NCBI GenBank assembly: GCA_004297205.1
Contig: SCUL01000002.1
Location: 530,893 to 594,892, forward strand
Source of the DNA: Patescibacteria group bacterium
GTDB lineage: Bacteria > Patescibacteriota > Patescibacteriia > 2-12-FULL-57-11
Reading direction: 5' to 3'
Length of the DNA: 64,000 nucleotides
Shown in pieces: positions 8,453 through 16,963 of this stretch. The position numbers and the translations under genes were made by a program. The notes below the pieces were generated by a model that ran no database searches, was not told the DNA's origin, and saw only the letters and a list, made by a program, of their open reading frames with translations. Within the stretch, counting starts at the first letter, position 1, and each line of letters begins with the position of its first letter.

Positions 8453-10342
8453 TCACCACTTCTTCATCAGCGTGATGCCGGTGTAGAAGTAGCGGAGGAT
8501 GTTGTCGAAGGTTTGCCCCTCGTTCGCCATGCAGAGCGCGCCCGAGGCCGACATGCCGACGCCGTGACCCCACAATTCTTTGCCGACGTCGCAGGGCACG
8601 GAGACGCCGCGCAGCCAGGGCACCGGATCCGAGCGCCAAACGTCCTCCCAGTTGCGGGTGCGGCCGTCGGAACGCGAGAAGTACGGGGTGATGGCCGTGC
8701 GGTTCTCGTACGTCACGATCTGGCCGCGCGTTTCCTCGACCGACTGTGTCAACCGCGGCGTGCGCTGCTCCTGGCCGTAGCCTTTGTAGACCTGATCGTA
8801 GTAGGCATCGACGTGATAGAACTCGGCGGCGTGCTTCGTGCCGCGCTCCCAATGGTAGTACGCGTAGGTGCGCGCCGCGGTGATGAGCGCCTTTTGGAAT
8901 TCGAGGTGCGAGATGTTCGAGGTTTCCGCGAGCCCGCGCAGGTAGCTCTCCATCGGCAGCTCGTTGATGAGCCAGGTGCGGTTTTCGCTGCCGTTCCAAT
9001 GCAATTCGAGGACATCGCGGAAGGCGTTGTCGGCGTAGCCGGCATTGCGCGTGACGCGGCGGTCGAAATTCGTGACCGTAAAAATGCTGTTGGACGATTT
9101 GGGGACGAATCGCAGGTACGAGCCGGACGGTTTGCGGCCGGCGCCTGCGTCGTACCAGTACGCGCCGTTCTCGTAGGCCGCGGTCACAGACGCGCCGCCT
9201 GCGATCGTCGCCACGACCGCGCCTCCGGTGACGACATCGAAGCCGGCGGGGTTCGCGAGCGTCACGCGCCAGTCCGTCTCCTCGTCGACGATCAGTACGC
9301 CGACGCGGAGTGTCGGCTCGCCGGCCGAGGTCGAAGGCGGCGTCGGCTGCGCGGAGGAACTCGGCACTGGCGGCGGCGCCACGGGGTTGGCATTCGGCCC
9401 GTCATTGGTGACGCTCACCGGAATATCGAAATCACTGCCCTCCACGACCTTCCCATCAACCTGGAGGTGGAAGGAGGCCTTGTAGCTGCCGCGCTTCTGC
9501 GGTGCGCGGACGATGAAATCGAGCACGACCGCGCCGCCCGGCGCGACGGAGTTGGCGGTCGACAGCGCCACGCGGTCGCTGGCCCAGCTCGCGGCGCGGA
9601 ACGAGGGATCCGTAGCGGCGATGGCCAGTCCCGAGCGGCCAGCGAGCACTTCGTAGCCGCCCCAGCCGGCCGTGCCGGCGTTCTTGAACATGATGCGGAA
9701 GCGGGTCTCTTCACCGCCACGAGAAAACGCCAATTCTTTGGCGCTCTGAATCAGTTTTTGGGCGCGCAGCGTGCCGTTGGACGAGGGTGCAGGGACGGAA
9801 GCCGGCGCGGACGAGCTGATCGGCGGCAGCGATACGGGCGCGGCGGCGCCGCCAGCCACACGAATGGTCACGGAAAACTGTCCGCCCGGAATCCAGCGCA
9901 GGTTCTCGACCGCGAGGTGATAGGTTTCCGTGTACGTGCCGGGTGTGCCCGGCGCACGCAGGGTGAAGCTCAAAAATCCAACGCCGCCCGGCGCCACGGT
10001 CTGCTCGGTGAGAATCGCCGGCTGCGTGGGGCCGCGCCACGAGGCATCGACAAAAGGACTGGTCCGATATTTCGGATTCCACGTGTAGAGTGAGATGAAA
10101 TTGCCGCCGGAGCGCGACCACGTTTCCGTGCCGACGTTTTTGAAGCCGACGCGGTACTGCCGCTTTTCCCCCGGCTGCATGTCGATCGTCGTCCCCGACG
10201 TGATCAAAAGCTTGGCGGCGTCCCCGGCGGCATGGATTCGAACGGCCGGAAACCCGCTGGAAACAAAAACGGCCAGCACCGCGAGAAAGGCACACGCCTC
10301 CCGCAGTCTGGCGGTCATTTTTGTCGTTTTTTTGTTTTTCAT
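8453..10342 (-). CDS. SpoIID/LytB-domain protein with N-terminal Ig-like repeat domains
   Basis: The C-terminal region YFSRSDGRTRNWEDVW...GHGVGMSASGA matches SpoIID/LytB. The N-terminal half has a signal peptide and two repeated beta-domain units. Confidence 0.75.
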   Translation of the reverse strand: MKNKKTTKMTARLREACAFLAVLAVFVSSGFPAVRIHAAGDAAKLLITSGTTIDMQPGEKRQYRVGFKNVGTETWSRSGGNFISLYTWNPKYRTSPFVDASWRGPTQPAILTEQTVAPGGVGFLSFTLRAPGTPGTYTETYHLAVENLRWIPGGQFSVTIRVAGGAAAPVSLPPISSSAPASVPAPSSNGTLRAQKLIQSAKELAFSRGGEETRFRIMFKNAGTAGWGGYEVLAGRSGLAIAATDPSFRAASWASDRVALSTANSVAPGGAVVLDFIVRAPQKRGSYKASFHLQVDGKVVEGSDFDIPVSVTNDGPNANPVAPPPVPSSSAQPTPPSTSAGEPTLRVGVLIVDEETDWRVTLANPAGFDVVTGGAVVATIAGGASVTAAYENGAYWYDAGAGRKPSGSYLRFVPKSSNSIFTVTNFDRRVTRNAGYADNAFRDVLELHWNGSENRTWLINELPMESYLRGLAETSNISHLEFQKALITAARTYAYYHWERGTKHAAEFYHVDAYYDQVYKGYGQEQRTPRLTQSVEETRGQIVTYENRTAITPYFSRSDGRTRNWEDVWRSDPVPWLRGVSVPCDVGKELWGHGVGMSASGALCMANEGQTFDNILRYFYTGITLMKKW

Positions 10343-10360
10343 CGTTTTTTCTACCGTCTA

Positions 10361-10389
10361 AATATAGCATTTTTTGGCCAAAATGTCAA
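10361..10389 (-). promoter_or_regulatory. sigma70 promoter (TTGACA-17-TATATT) for the SpoIID/LytB gene
   Basis: The minus strand reads TTGACA ttttggccaaaaaatgc TATATT. The ATG lies about 18 nt downstream of the -10, with no SD. Confidence 0.45.
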
Positions 10390-10410
10390 CTTTTCCGTAG
10401 ACTATCTGTC

Positions 10411-11853
10411 ATGGCTGAACTCGCCAGAAACACCTACGTCCAGTTTGCCGCCCGGGGTATCGGCACCGCGCTTGGCGTGGTTGCCATTGCCCTCATCACC
10501 CGCACGCTGGGTCCGGAAGGATTCGGGGCCTACACCACCGTCACCTCGTTCCTCCAGATCTTCGGCGTGCTCGTGGACTTCGGCCTGACCATCGTCGGAC
10601 TCCAGCTGCTCTCCGAACCCGGTGCCGACGAGGGGCGCGTGCTCGGCAACGTGCTCGGGGTCAGGCTGGTCACGGCCGTGACCTTCCTGGGACTCGCGCC
10701 GCTGGCCGTACTGTTCTTCCCGTATCCGCAGGAGGTGAAGATCGGCGTGGCGTTCACGACGTTGTCGTTCCTGGCGCTGGCCGTCCATCAGATTATTACG
10801 ACTTTGTTCCAGAAACGGTTACAGATGCGGGCCGCGGCCGCGGCGGAGCTGGCCGGACGCGCCATCCTGGTTGCACTCGTCGCTCTGGCCGCCTGGTCCG
10901 GCTGGGGGCTGTACGGGATGCTCGCGGCAACCACGGCCGCGAACGTTTTGCAGCTTGCCGTGGCCTGGATTGCGGCCAATCGCATGGTGCCGATCCGTAT
11001 CCGCTACGAGCTGGCCTTCTGGAAACGCATCCTGACCTTGTCCTGGCCGATCGGCGTGTCCATCGCCTTCAATCTGATCTACCTGCGTGCCGACGCCGTC
11101 ATCTTGTCTTTAACCCGCAGCCAGGAAGAGCTTGGTCTCTACGGCGCCGCCTACCGCGTGATCGACGTGCTGACCGTGCTGCCGTTCCTGCTCATGGGGC
11201 TTGTCCTCCCTCGGCTCGTCACGGCGGTGAAGACGGGCGACGTGGCGCGGTTCGGTGCGCTCATGGCGCGCTCGGCGCGCTTCCTGTTGGCTTCAATACT
11301 CCCCGTCTGTTTCGGCGGACTAGTGCTCGCCGACCAGATCATGATCGCCGTATCCGGCGAAGCCTTCGCGCCCTCCGGCATGTTCCTGGCGGTGTTGCTC
11401 TTCGGCGTGGCCATGATTTTTTGGGGTACGGTCTACAGCCATGCCGTGGTGGCGCTCGAACTGCAGCGCACCATGCTGCCGTTCTACGCGCTGAACGCGG
11501 CACTGGCGCTCGCCCTTTATGTCTGGCTCATTCCGCGCTTGGGCGCGCCGGCTGCCGCCTGGATCACGGTGCTCTCCGAAACGACCATCGCGGTTGCCGC
11601 GGCGGTCGTGGTGCGCCGCAAGATGCCGGTACCACTCCCGCTCGGCAACGCCGCGCGCATCGTGCTTGCCGCCGCGCTCATGGCCGCCACGCTCTGGCTC
11701 GTCTTGCGCGCCGTGCCGCTGCCGCTCGTCGTCTCCCTTCCGCTCGGCGGGCTGCTGTACGCCGCTTTCCTGCGACTCTCCGGCGGTCTGACCGCAGACG
11801 ATTGGCGGGCGATCCTGGCACCGTTCAGCCGAAATAAACCGGTAGTTTCCTGA
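10411..11853 (+). CDS. polysaccharide/O-antigen flippase (Wzx, MOP superfamily)
   Basis: A 12-TM protein with a Polysacc_synt-like profile. The start was chosen at ATG 10411 (MAELARNTYVQFAARG), 7 nt after TAGACT. Confidence 0.75.
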   Translation: MAELARNTYVQFAARGIGTALGVVAIALITRTLGPEGFGAYTTVTSFLQIFGVLVDFGLTIVGLQLLSEPGADEGRVLGNVLGVRLVTAVTFLGLAPLAVLFFPYPQEVKIGVAFTTLSFLALAVHQIITTLFQKRLQMRAAAAAELAGRAILVALVALAAWSGWGLYGMLAATTAANVLQLAVAWIAANRMVPIRIRYELAFWKRILTLSWPIGVSIAFNLIYLRADAVILSLTRSQEELGLYGAAYRVIDVLTVLPFLLMGLVLPRLVTAVKTGDVARFGALMARSARFLLASILPVCFGGLVLADQIMIAVSGEAFAPSGMFLAVLLFGVAMIFWGTVYSHAVVALELQRTMLPFYALNAALALALYVWLIPRLGAPAAAWITVLSETTIAVAAAVVVRRKMPVPLPLGNAARIVLAAALMAATLWLVLRAVPLPLVVSLPLGGLLYAAFLRLSGGLTADDWRAILAPFSRNKPVVS

Positions 11854-11857
11854 TCCC

Positions 11858-13036
11858 ATGGCCCGCATCGTGATCGTCCTGTTCGCGGCGGCGTTGCCGC
11901 TCTACCTGGTCCGGTTCCAGATCGGCCCGCTGCCGACGACCCTGCTCGAGGTGCTGTTCGTCATCCTGATCGTGGCGCTCTTCCTCGAACGCGCAGGCAT
12001 CGGTGGCGCGCGACCGCTGCGCATCGACCTAGAACGGTTGCGCCCGTGGCTCTGGCCCTGCGGACTGCTTCTTGCCGCCGGCGTCGTCAGCCTGGCCGTT
12101 GCGCCGGACCTGCGCGCCGCGCTCGGCCTGTTCAAGGCGTATCTCGTCGAACCGCTGCTCTTCTTCGGTCTGCTCGTTTCCATCACCGACGAATCCGTCC
12201 GTCGCAACGTCTGGCGCGCGCTCGCCGCCTCCGGCGCCGTGATTGCCGCGGTCGCCGTCCTGCAGCCGTTCGTCGCGCCGCAGACGCTCTGGGAAGGCGC
12301 GCGCTCCACGGCCTTCTATCCGTACCCGAACGCCGTCGGCCTGTTCCTCGCGCCGATCATGGTGCTCATCGCCGGGATGAGATTGAAGGGGCGGATGATG
12401 TGGCTGTCCGTCGTGGGCGTTGTCCTGCTCTTCGCCGCGCTCGTGGCCGCGCAAAGCGAAGGGGCGATCATCGGCGCCGTCGCGGGATTGCTGGCACTGT
12501 TCTGGCTTCAGCCGAAGGTGCGCGTGGTCGCCATCGTGATCGTGTTGCTCGACGGTGCCGCGCTCGTGCTCGCGCCCGATACGCTGCAGGCAACCCTGCA
12601 GCAAAAACTCACGCTGCGCGACTGGTCCGGCACGGTACGACGCATCACCTGGGGAGAGACGGTCGAGATGCTCAAAGACCATCCGCTCACCGGCGCAGGC
12701 CTTGCGGGCTATCCCATTGTGATGCGCGCCTACCACAAAGCCACGGCCATCGAAATCTTCCAGTACCCGCACCAAATCGTCCTGAACATCTGGAGCGAAC
12801 TCGGACTCCTCGGCCTCGTTGCCTTCGGCTGGGTCCTCCTCACGTTTTTCCGGCTGTCCTCGCGCCCGGAATCCCGCCTCGAACGGCAAGCAGCCATGGC
12901 AGCGATGATCGCGCTTCTCGTCCACGGCCTCGTCGACGTTCCCTACTTCAAGAACGACCTGGCCTTCCTCTTCTGGATTATCGTGGCGCTCGGCACGGCC
13001 GGGGCTTTACCAAAAACCAAATCTCCGCTACCTTAA
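11858..13036 (+). CDS. O-antigen ligase / polymerase family membrane protein (Wzy_C-like)
   Basis: Multi-TM protein with a Wzy_C-like periplasmic loop. It is tightly linked to the flippase with a 4-nt gap. Confidence 0.7.
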   Translation: MARIVIVLFAAALPLYLVRFQIGPLPTTLLEVLFVILIVALFLERAGIGGARPLRIDLERLRPWLWPCGLLLAAGVVSLAVAPDLRAALGLFKAYLVEPLLFFGLLVSITDESVRRNVWRALAASGAVIAAVAVLQPFVAPQTLWEGARSTAFYPYPNAVGLFLAPIMVLIAGMRLKGRMMWLSVVGVVLLFAALVAAQSEGAIIGAVAGLLALFWLQPKVRVVAIVIVLLDGAALVLAPDTLQATLQQKLTLRDWSGTVRRITWGETVEMLKDHPLTGAGLAGYPIVMRAYHKATAIEIFQYPHQIVLNIWSELGLLGLVAFGWVLLTFFRLSSRPESRLERQAAMAAMIALLVHGLVDVPYFKNDLAFLFWIIVALGTAGALPKTKSPLP

Positions 13037-13050
13037 GCGCGCTTCAACAT

Positions 13051-13196
13051 GGAGAGGTGGCCGAGCGGGCCGAACGGCAGCGAGTCCCGAACTGCTTCGG
13101 GACGAACCCGTTCGGCGGGCCGCGCGATGTCCGCAGACCGCGCGGCCCGGGGCAACCGCTTCCAAAATCTTCGAAGTTGCGAAGCAACGAAAATCT
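13051..13196 (+). other. partial tRNA-Ser 5' duplicate (18 nt) followed by a structured roughly 130-nt element
   Basis: 13051-13068 is identical to the first 18 nt of tRNA-Ser (13197-13214), but no matching 3' acceptor strand follows. Downstream there are nested perfect hairpins: GCCGAACGG pairs with CCGTTCGGC, GTCCCGAA with TTCGGGAC, and GGGCCGCGCG with CGCGCGGCCC. Confidence 0.4.
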
Positions 13197-13286
13197 GGAG
13201 AGGTGGCCGAGCGGTTGAAGGCGCCGGTCTCGAAAACCGGTAGGCCCGCAAGGGTCTCGTGAGTTCGAATCTCACCCTCTCCGCCA
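13197..13286 (+). tRNA. tRNA-Ser (anticodon CGA)
   Basis: Sequence GGAGAGG TG GCC GAGCGGTTGAA GGC G CCGGT CTCGAAA ACCGG. It has a long variable arm, T-arm GTGAG TTCGAAT CTCAC, acceptor strand CCTCTCC, discriminator G and CCA. Confidence 0.85.
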
Positions 13287-13327
13287 GAGAAAAGGTCCCG
13301 AGCAATCGGGATCTTTTCTCTTTTTTT
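13287..13327 (+). terminator. Rho-independent terminator
   Basis: Hairpin gagaaaaggtcccga gcaa tcgggatcttttctc followed by ttttttt. Confidence 0.7.
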
Positions 13328-13369
13328 AGATTCTCACGCTCTCCGTCGGAATCCTAGTCGGTTCCCATT

Positions 13370-13404
13370 CCCGCCTCCCTCCGAGGCGGGAATTTTGGTA
13401 CACT
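13370..13404 (+). promoter_or_regulatory. conserved hairpin + T-tract + TGGTACACT promoter cassette (copy 1)
   Basis: Sequence cccgcctccctccgaggcggg aatttt ggTACACT. It lies about 22 nt upstream of ATG 13427. A near-identical copy sits at 14589. Confidence 0.45.
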
Positions 13405-13426
13405 TCGGACGATAACCATATCTCCT

Positions 13427-14575
13427 ATGTTCCGTAAAACACTTTTGCTCACGCTGGTCGGCACGCTGCTGCCGATGAGCGCGCTCGCCGCCACCTTCGC
13501 GGGCGGAGAAACCTACGCCCTCGGCTCGGGCATGCGGATCGACGGCGACTTGTACGCAGCCGGCGCGAGCGTTTCGGTCGGCGGCAACGTGACCGGCGAC
13601 CTGTACGCCGCGGGCGGCAGCGTCACCGTGACCGGCGCAGTCGGTCAGGACGTGGTCGTGGCCGGCGGCAATCTCACCTTGCTCGGCTCCGTCGGGGACG
13701 ACGTACGCGTCGCCGGCGGCCAGATAGCGATCGGCGACCGCATCGGCGGCGACCTGGTCGTGGCCGGCGGCATGGTGCATCTGCTCCCCGGCTCGGAAGT
13801 GGGCGGGGACCTGATCATCGCCGCGGGACAGGCCGTCGTCGAAGGCACCGTCAAAGGCAAACTCATCCTGCGCGGCGGCGCGGCGGTTCTGAACGGCGCG
13901 CTCACCGGTCCTGCAGACGTGGAGGTCGAGGAAACGCTGTCTATCGGAGACGCCGCGCGCTTTGGAAGCGCACTCGTCTACCGCGCGTCCCAGGAAGCAA
14001 GCGTCGCGGCCGGCGCCGTGCTCGGCGAAGTGCGCCGCGAACCGCTGCCCGAACGCATGCGCCCGGAAAAGATCGACGGCGGAGCCCTCGTGGGCCTCGC
14101 GGGTCTCATCGCCTTCGGCAAGCTCCTGGCCGCTCTCGGCGCAGCGCTCGTCGCCGTCTGGCTCTTCCGCAAAGGTACGCAGCAGCTCGTGACCGACGCG
14201 GTCGGCGACTTCTGGCCGATGCTCGGTCGCGGCTTCGCCACCGGCATCCTGATGCCGATCGCCGCCTTCCTACTGCTCATCACCGTCATCCTGTCGCCGA
14301 TCGGCGCGCTCACGGGCGCGGCCTTCGCGCTGCTCCTCGTCGCCGCGAAGATCCTCTCGGGCATCCTGTTCGGCGCCTGGCTCATCATGGCCGTGAAGAA
14401 GCAGAAGAAACCCGAAGCCACCTGGCAGGCCGCGCTTCTGGGCACCTTCCTCCTCCATCTCCTGTGGCTGATCCCGCTTCTCGGCTGGATCATTGCCGGC
14501 ATCTTCTGCACCGTCGCCTTCGGCGCGCTGGCCATCTGGGCCCGCGGCATTCTGAAGCCCCTGGCAAGCTCCTGA
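13427..14575 (+). CDS. secreted protein with bactofilin-like beta-helical repeats and a C-terminal multi-TM domain
   Basis: A signal peptide is followed by 8-9 tandem GDL(Y/V)AAGG-V-V-G-V repeats, then four hydrophobic helices. Confidence 0.6.
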   Translation: MFRKTLLLTLVGTLLPMSALAATFAGGETYALGSGMRIDGDLYAAGASVSVGGNVTGDLYAAGGSVTVTGAVGQDVVVAGGNLTLLGSVGDDVRVAGGQIAIGDRIGGDLVVAGGMVHLLPGSEVGGDLIIAAGQAVVEGTVKGKLILRGGAAVLNGALTGPADVEVEETLSIGDAARFGSALVYRASQEASVAAGAVLGEVRREPLPERMRPEKIDGGALVGLAGLIAFGKLLAALGAALVAVWLFRKGTQQLVTDAVGDFWPMLGRGFATGILMPIAAFLLLITVILSPIGALTGAAFALLLVAAKILSGILFGAWLIMAVKKQKKPEATWQAALLGTFLLHLLWLIPLLGWIIAGIFCTVAFGALAIWARGILKPLASS

Positions 14576-14588
14576 GGCTCTCCGCCGT

Positions 14589-14624
14589 CCCCGCCTCCCT
14601 CGGAGGCGGGGATTTTGGTACACT
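14589..14624 (+). promoter_or_regulatory. conserved hairpin + T-tract + TGGTACACT promoter cassette (copy 2)
   Basis: Sequence ccccgcctccctcggaggcgggg atttt ggTACACT. It lies 12 nt upstream of the galU ATG and also serves as terminator for the upstream gene. Confidence 0.45.
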
Positions 14625-14636
14625 TCGGTCGTGCCT

Positions 14637-15521
14637 ATGTCGAAATCCTCCTCCATCCGCAAAGCCATCCTCCCCGTGGCAGGCCTCGGGACCCGGTTCC
14701 TGCCCGCGACCAAGGCCATGCCCAAGGAAATGCTGGCCGTCGTCGACAAGCCGGTCATCCAGTACATCGTGGAAGAAGTCGTGGCCAGCGGCATCGAAGA
14801 GATCATCTTCGTGACGGCGCTCGGCAAACGCGCCATCGAAGACCACTTCGACCGCAACTTTGAACTGGAGTACCGCCTCGAACAAAAGAAGAAGGAGAAG
14901 GAGCTGGGCGCGCTCAAGCAAATCGGCAAGATGGCCAGATTCGCCTTCGTCCGCCAGCAGAAGCCGCTCGGCGATGGCGACGCGATTCTCGCCGCGCTGC
15001 CGTTCATCGACCAGCACGAACCGGTCGCGGTGGTCTTCGGCGATGCCATCACGCGCTCCCGGAAGCCGGGCCTCGCCCAACTCATCGACGTCTACAACCG
15101 CTACCAGGATCCGGTCGTCGGCGTCACGGCCGTTTCCAAGAAGGACATCTCCAACTACGGCGTCATCGACGGACACAAGCTCGACGGCGCGGCCTACGAG
15201 ATCCATGGCTTCGTGGAAAAACCGTCGCCATCCGAAGCGCCGTCGAACCTGGCCGTGATGGGCGAGTACATCGTGACGCCGGACGTGCTCACACTTCTCA
15301 AAAAGCAAAAACCGGGCAAGGACGGCGAACTCAGGCTCGCCAACGCGCTGATCGCCCACCTCAAGGCCGGCCGCGCGCTCTACGGCTGCGCCGTGGAGGG
15401 CGAGTGGTTCGACTGCGGCTCCAAGCTCGGCTTCCTCCAAGCCCAGATCGCCTTCGGCCTGGCGCATCCGGAAACCGGCAAGGCGTTGCACAAACACCTG
15501 CGCTCGCTTCGGGCGTCATAA
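14637..15521 (+). CDS. galU: UTP--glucose-1-phosphate uridylyltransferase
   Basis: N-terminal KAILPVAGLGTRFLPATKAMPKEMLAVVDKPVIQYIVEE matches the GalU family. The start is ATG 14637; the track start 14631 is GTG. Confidence 0.85.
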   Translation: MSKSSSIRKAILPVAGLGTRFLPATKAMPKEMLAVVDKPVIQYIVEEVVASGIEEIIFVTALGKRAIEDHFDRNFELEYRLEQKKKEKELGALKQIGKMARFAFVRQQKPLGDGDAILAALPFIDQHEPVAVVFGDAITRSRKPGLAQLIDVYNRYQDPVVGVTAVSKKDISNYGVIDGHKLDGAAYEIHGFVEKPSPSEAPSNLAVMGEYIVTPDVLTLLKKQKPGKDGELRLANALIAHLKAGRALYGCAVEGEWFDCGSKLGFLQAQIAFGLAHPETGKALHKHLRSLRAS

Positions 15522-15544
15522 ATGCCGCCCCTACACGCATTTCT

Positions 15545-16960
15545 ATGATCGGCTCTTTCTTCCGCCGCACCACCGCACTCGCCGCCATCGCCGCAGTCGT
15601 CCTTTCGGGCGTCGGCTGCACGCGCGGCGTCCCCGCCGACGTCGTTGAAGCGACGCGGCCGTTCACGCTCCAATTCTGGGGCGTGTTCGACGACTCCGAC
15701 GCCTTCGAACAGACCATCGCCCGCTACCGCGCGCTGCGCCCCCACATCACGGTCGAGTACCGCAAGCTGCGTCCGGAGGAATACGAGCGCGAGCTGATCA
15801 ACGCGCTGGCAGAAGACAAGGGGCCGGACATCTTCATGGTGCACAACACCCAGGTGGCCGAATACCAATCGAAGCTGCTCCCGCTCCCCGCATCGCTGAC
15901 CCTGCCCGTCCGCGAACAGCAGGGCACCATCCAAAAACAGGTCGTGACCGTGCTGCGCCAGGTGCCGTCGCTCTCCATCCGCCAGCTCCAGAGCCAGTTC
16001 GTGGACGTGGTAGCCGAGGACGTGGTGCTGCCGCGCGAAGAAACCACGACCGGCGGCGGCCGCCAGACCGTGAACCGCATCTACGGCCTGCCGCTCTCCG
16101 TGGACACGCTGGCGCTCTACTTCAACAAGACGCTCTTGAACCAGGCCGGCATTCCGGAGGCGCCGCGTTCCTGGGGCGAAGTACAGGCCGCCGCGCGCAA
16201 CAAGCGGCTGACCGTCTACGACGCCAGCCAGCGCATCACCCAGAGCGCCATTGCCATGGGCACGGCCGGAAACGTGGAGCGCGCCGTGGACGTGCTGCAG
16301 CTCCTGATGATGCAAAACCGCACCACCATGGCCGACGACGAGGGCACCGTTTCGTTCAACCGCCGCCCGGCCTCGGCCGTGGGCGAACTCAACCCCGGCG
16401 CCGAAGCATCCGTCTTCTATACCGACTTCGCCAACCCGGTGAAGGAGGTCTACACCTGGAACGACACCATGCCGAGCTCGCTCGAGGCCTTCGCCGGCGG
16501 ACGCACCGCCATGTTCCTGGGCTACTCCTACCACCTGGCCACCATCCGCGCCCGCGCGCCCAAGCTCGAAGTCGGCATCGCCCCGATCCCCCAGATCGGC
16601 GACGAGATCAACTTCGCCAACTACTGGGTGAACGGCGTCTCCACCAAGTCCGAACACGCGGACGAGGCCTGGGACTTCGTGCAGTTCATGGCCGCACAGG
16701 ACCAGGCCAAGACGTATCTGGACGCCACCAAGCGCCCGACGGCGCTGCGCGCGCTCGTCGGCGCGCAGCGGGAAGACCTCGATATCGGCGTGTTCGCGGC
16801 CCAGGCGCTGACCGCCAAGAGCTGGTACAAAGGGCATGACGCCGCGGCCATGGAAACAGCCTTCAAGGACCTGATCCGCGACGTCCTCGCCAACCCCTCC
16901 AATCCGCAGCAGTGGGTGGAAATCGCCGCCCAGAAAGTCGCCCAAACCTACAGCTTCTAA
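15545..16960 (+). CDS. ABC-transporter extracellular solute-binding lipoprotein (family 1, sugar-binding-like)
   Basis: Lipobox LSGVGC and an SBP_bac_1-like profile. The start is ATG 15545 (MIGSFFRR), 7 nt after TACACG. The first pilin gene follows 3 nt after the stop. Confidence 0.75.
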   Translation: MIGSFFRRTTALAAIAAVVLSGVGCTRGVPADVVEATRPFTLQFWGVFDDSDAFEQTIARYRALRPHITVEYRKLRPEEYERELINALAEDKGPDIFMVHNTQVAEYQSKLLPLPASLTLPVREQQGTIQKQVVTVLRQVPSLSIRQLQSQFVDVVAEDVVLPREETTTGGGRQTVNRIYGLPLSVDTLALYFNKTLLNQAGIPEAPRSWGEVQAAARNKRLTVYDASQRITQSAIAMGTAGNVERAVDVLQLLMMQNRTTMADDEGTVSFNRRPASAVGELNPGAEASVFYTDFANPVKEVYTWNDTMPSSLEAFAGGRTAMFLGYSYHLATIRARAPKLEVGIAPIPQIGDEINFANYWVNGVSTKSEHADEAWDFVQFMAAQDQAKTYLDATKRPTALRALVGAQREDLDIGVFAAQALTAKSWYKGHDAAAMETAFKDLIRDVLANPSNPQQWVEIAAQKVAQTYSF

Positions 16961-16963
16961 ACT

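Noticed and set aside
8132-10093. 653-aa plus-strand ORF
   Set aside because: It is antisense to the SpoIID/LytB gene, which carries the conserved catalytic C-terminal domain.
13051-13140. Treating the first GGAGAGGTGGCCGAGCGG copy as a complete second tRNA-Ser or tRNA-Sec
   Set aside because: No complementary 3' acceptor strand (CCTCTCC or ACCTCTCC) and no T-arm follow. An anticodon stem cannot be formed.
13033-13305. 90-aa minus-strand ORF
   Set aside because: It spans the tRNA-Ser gene and its terminator.
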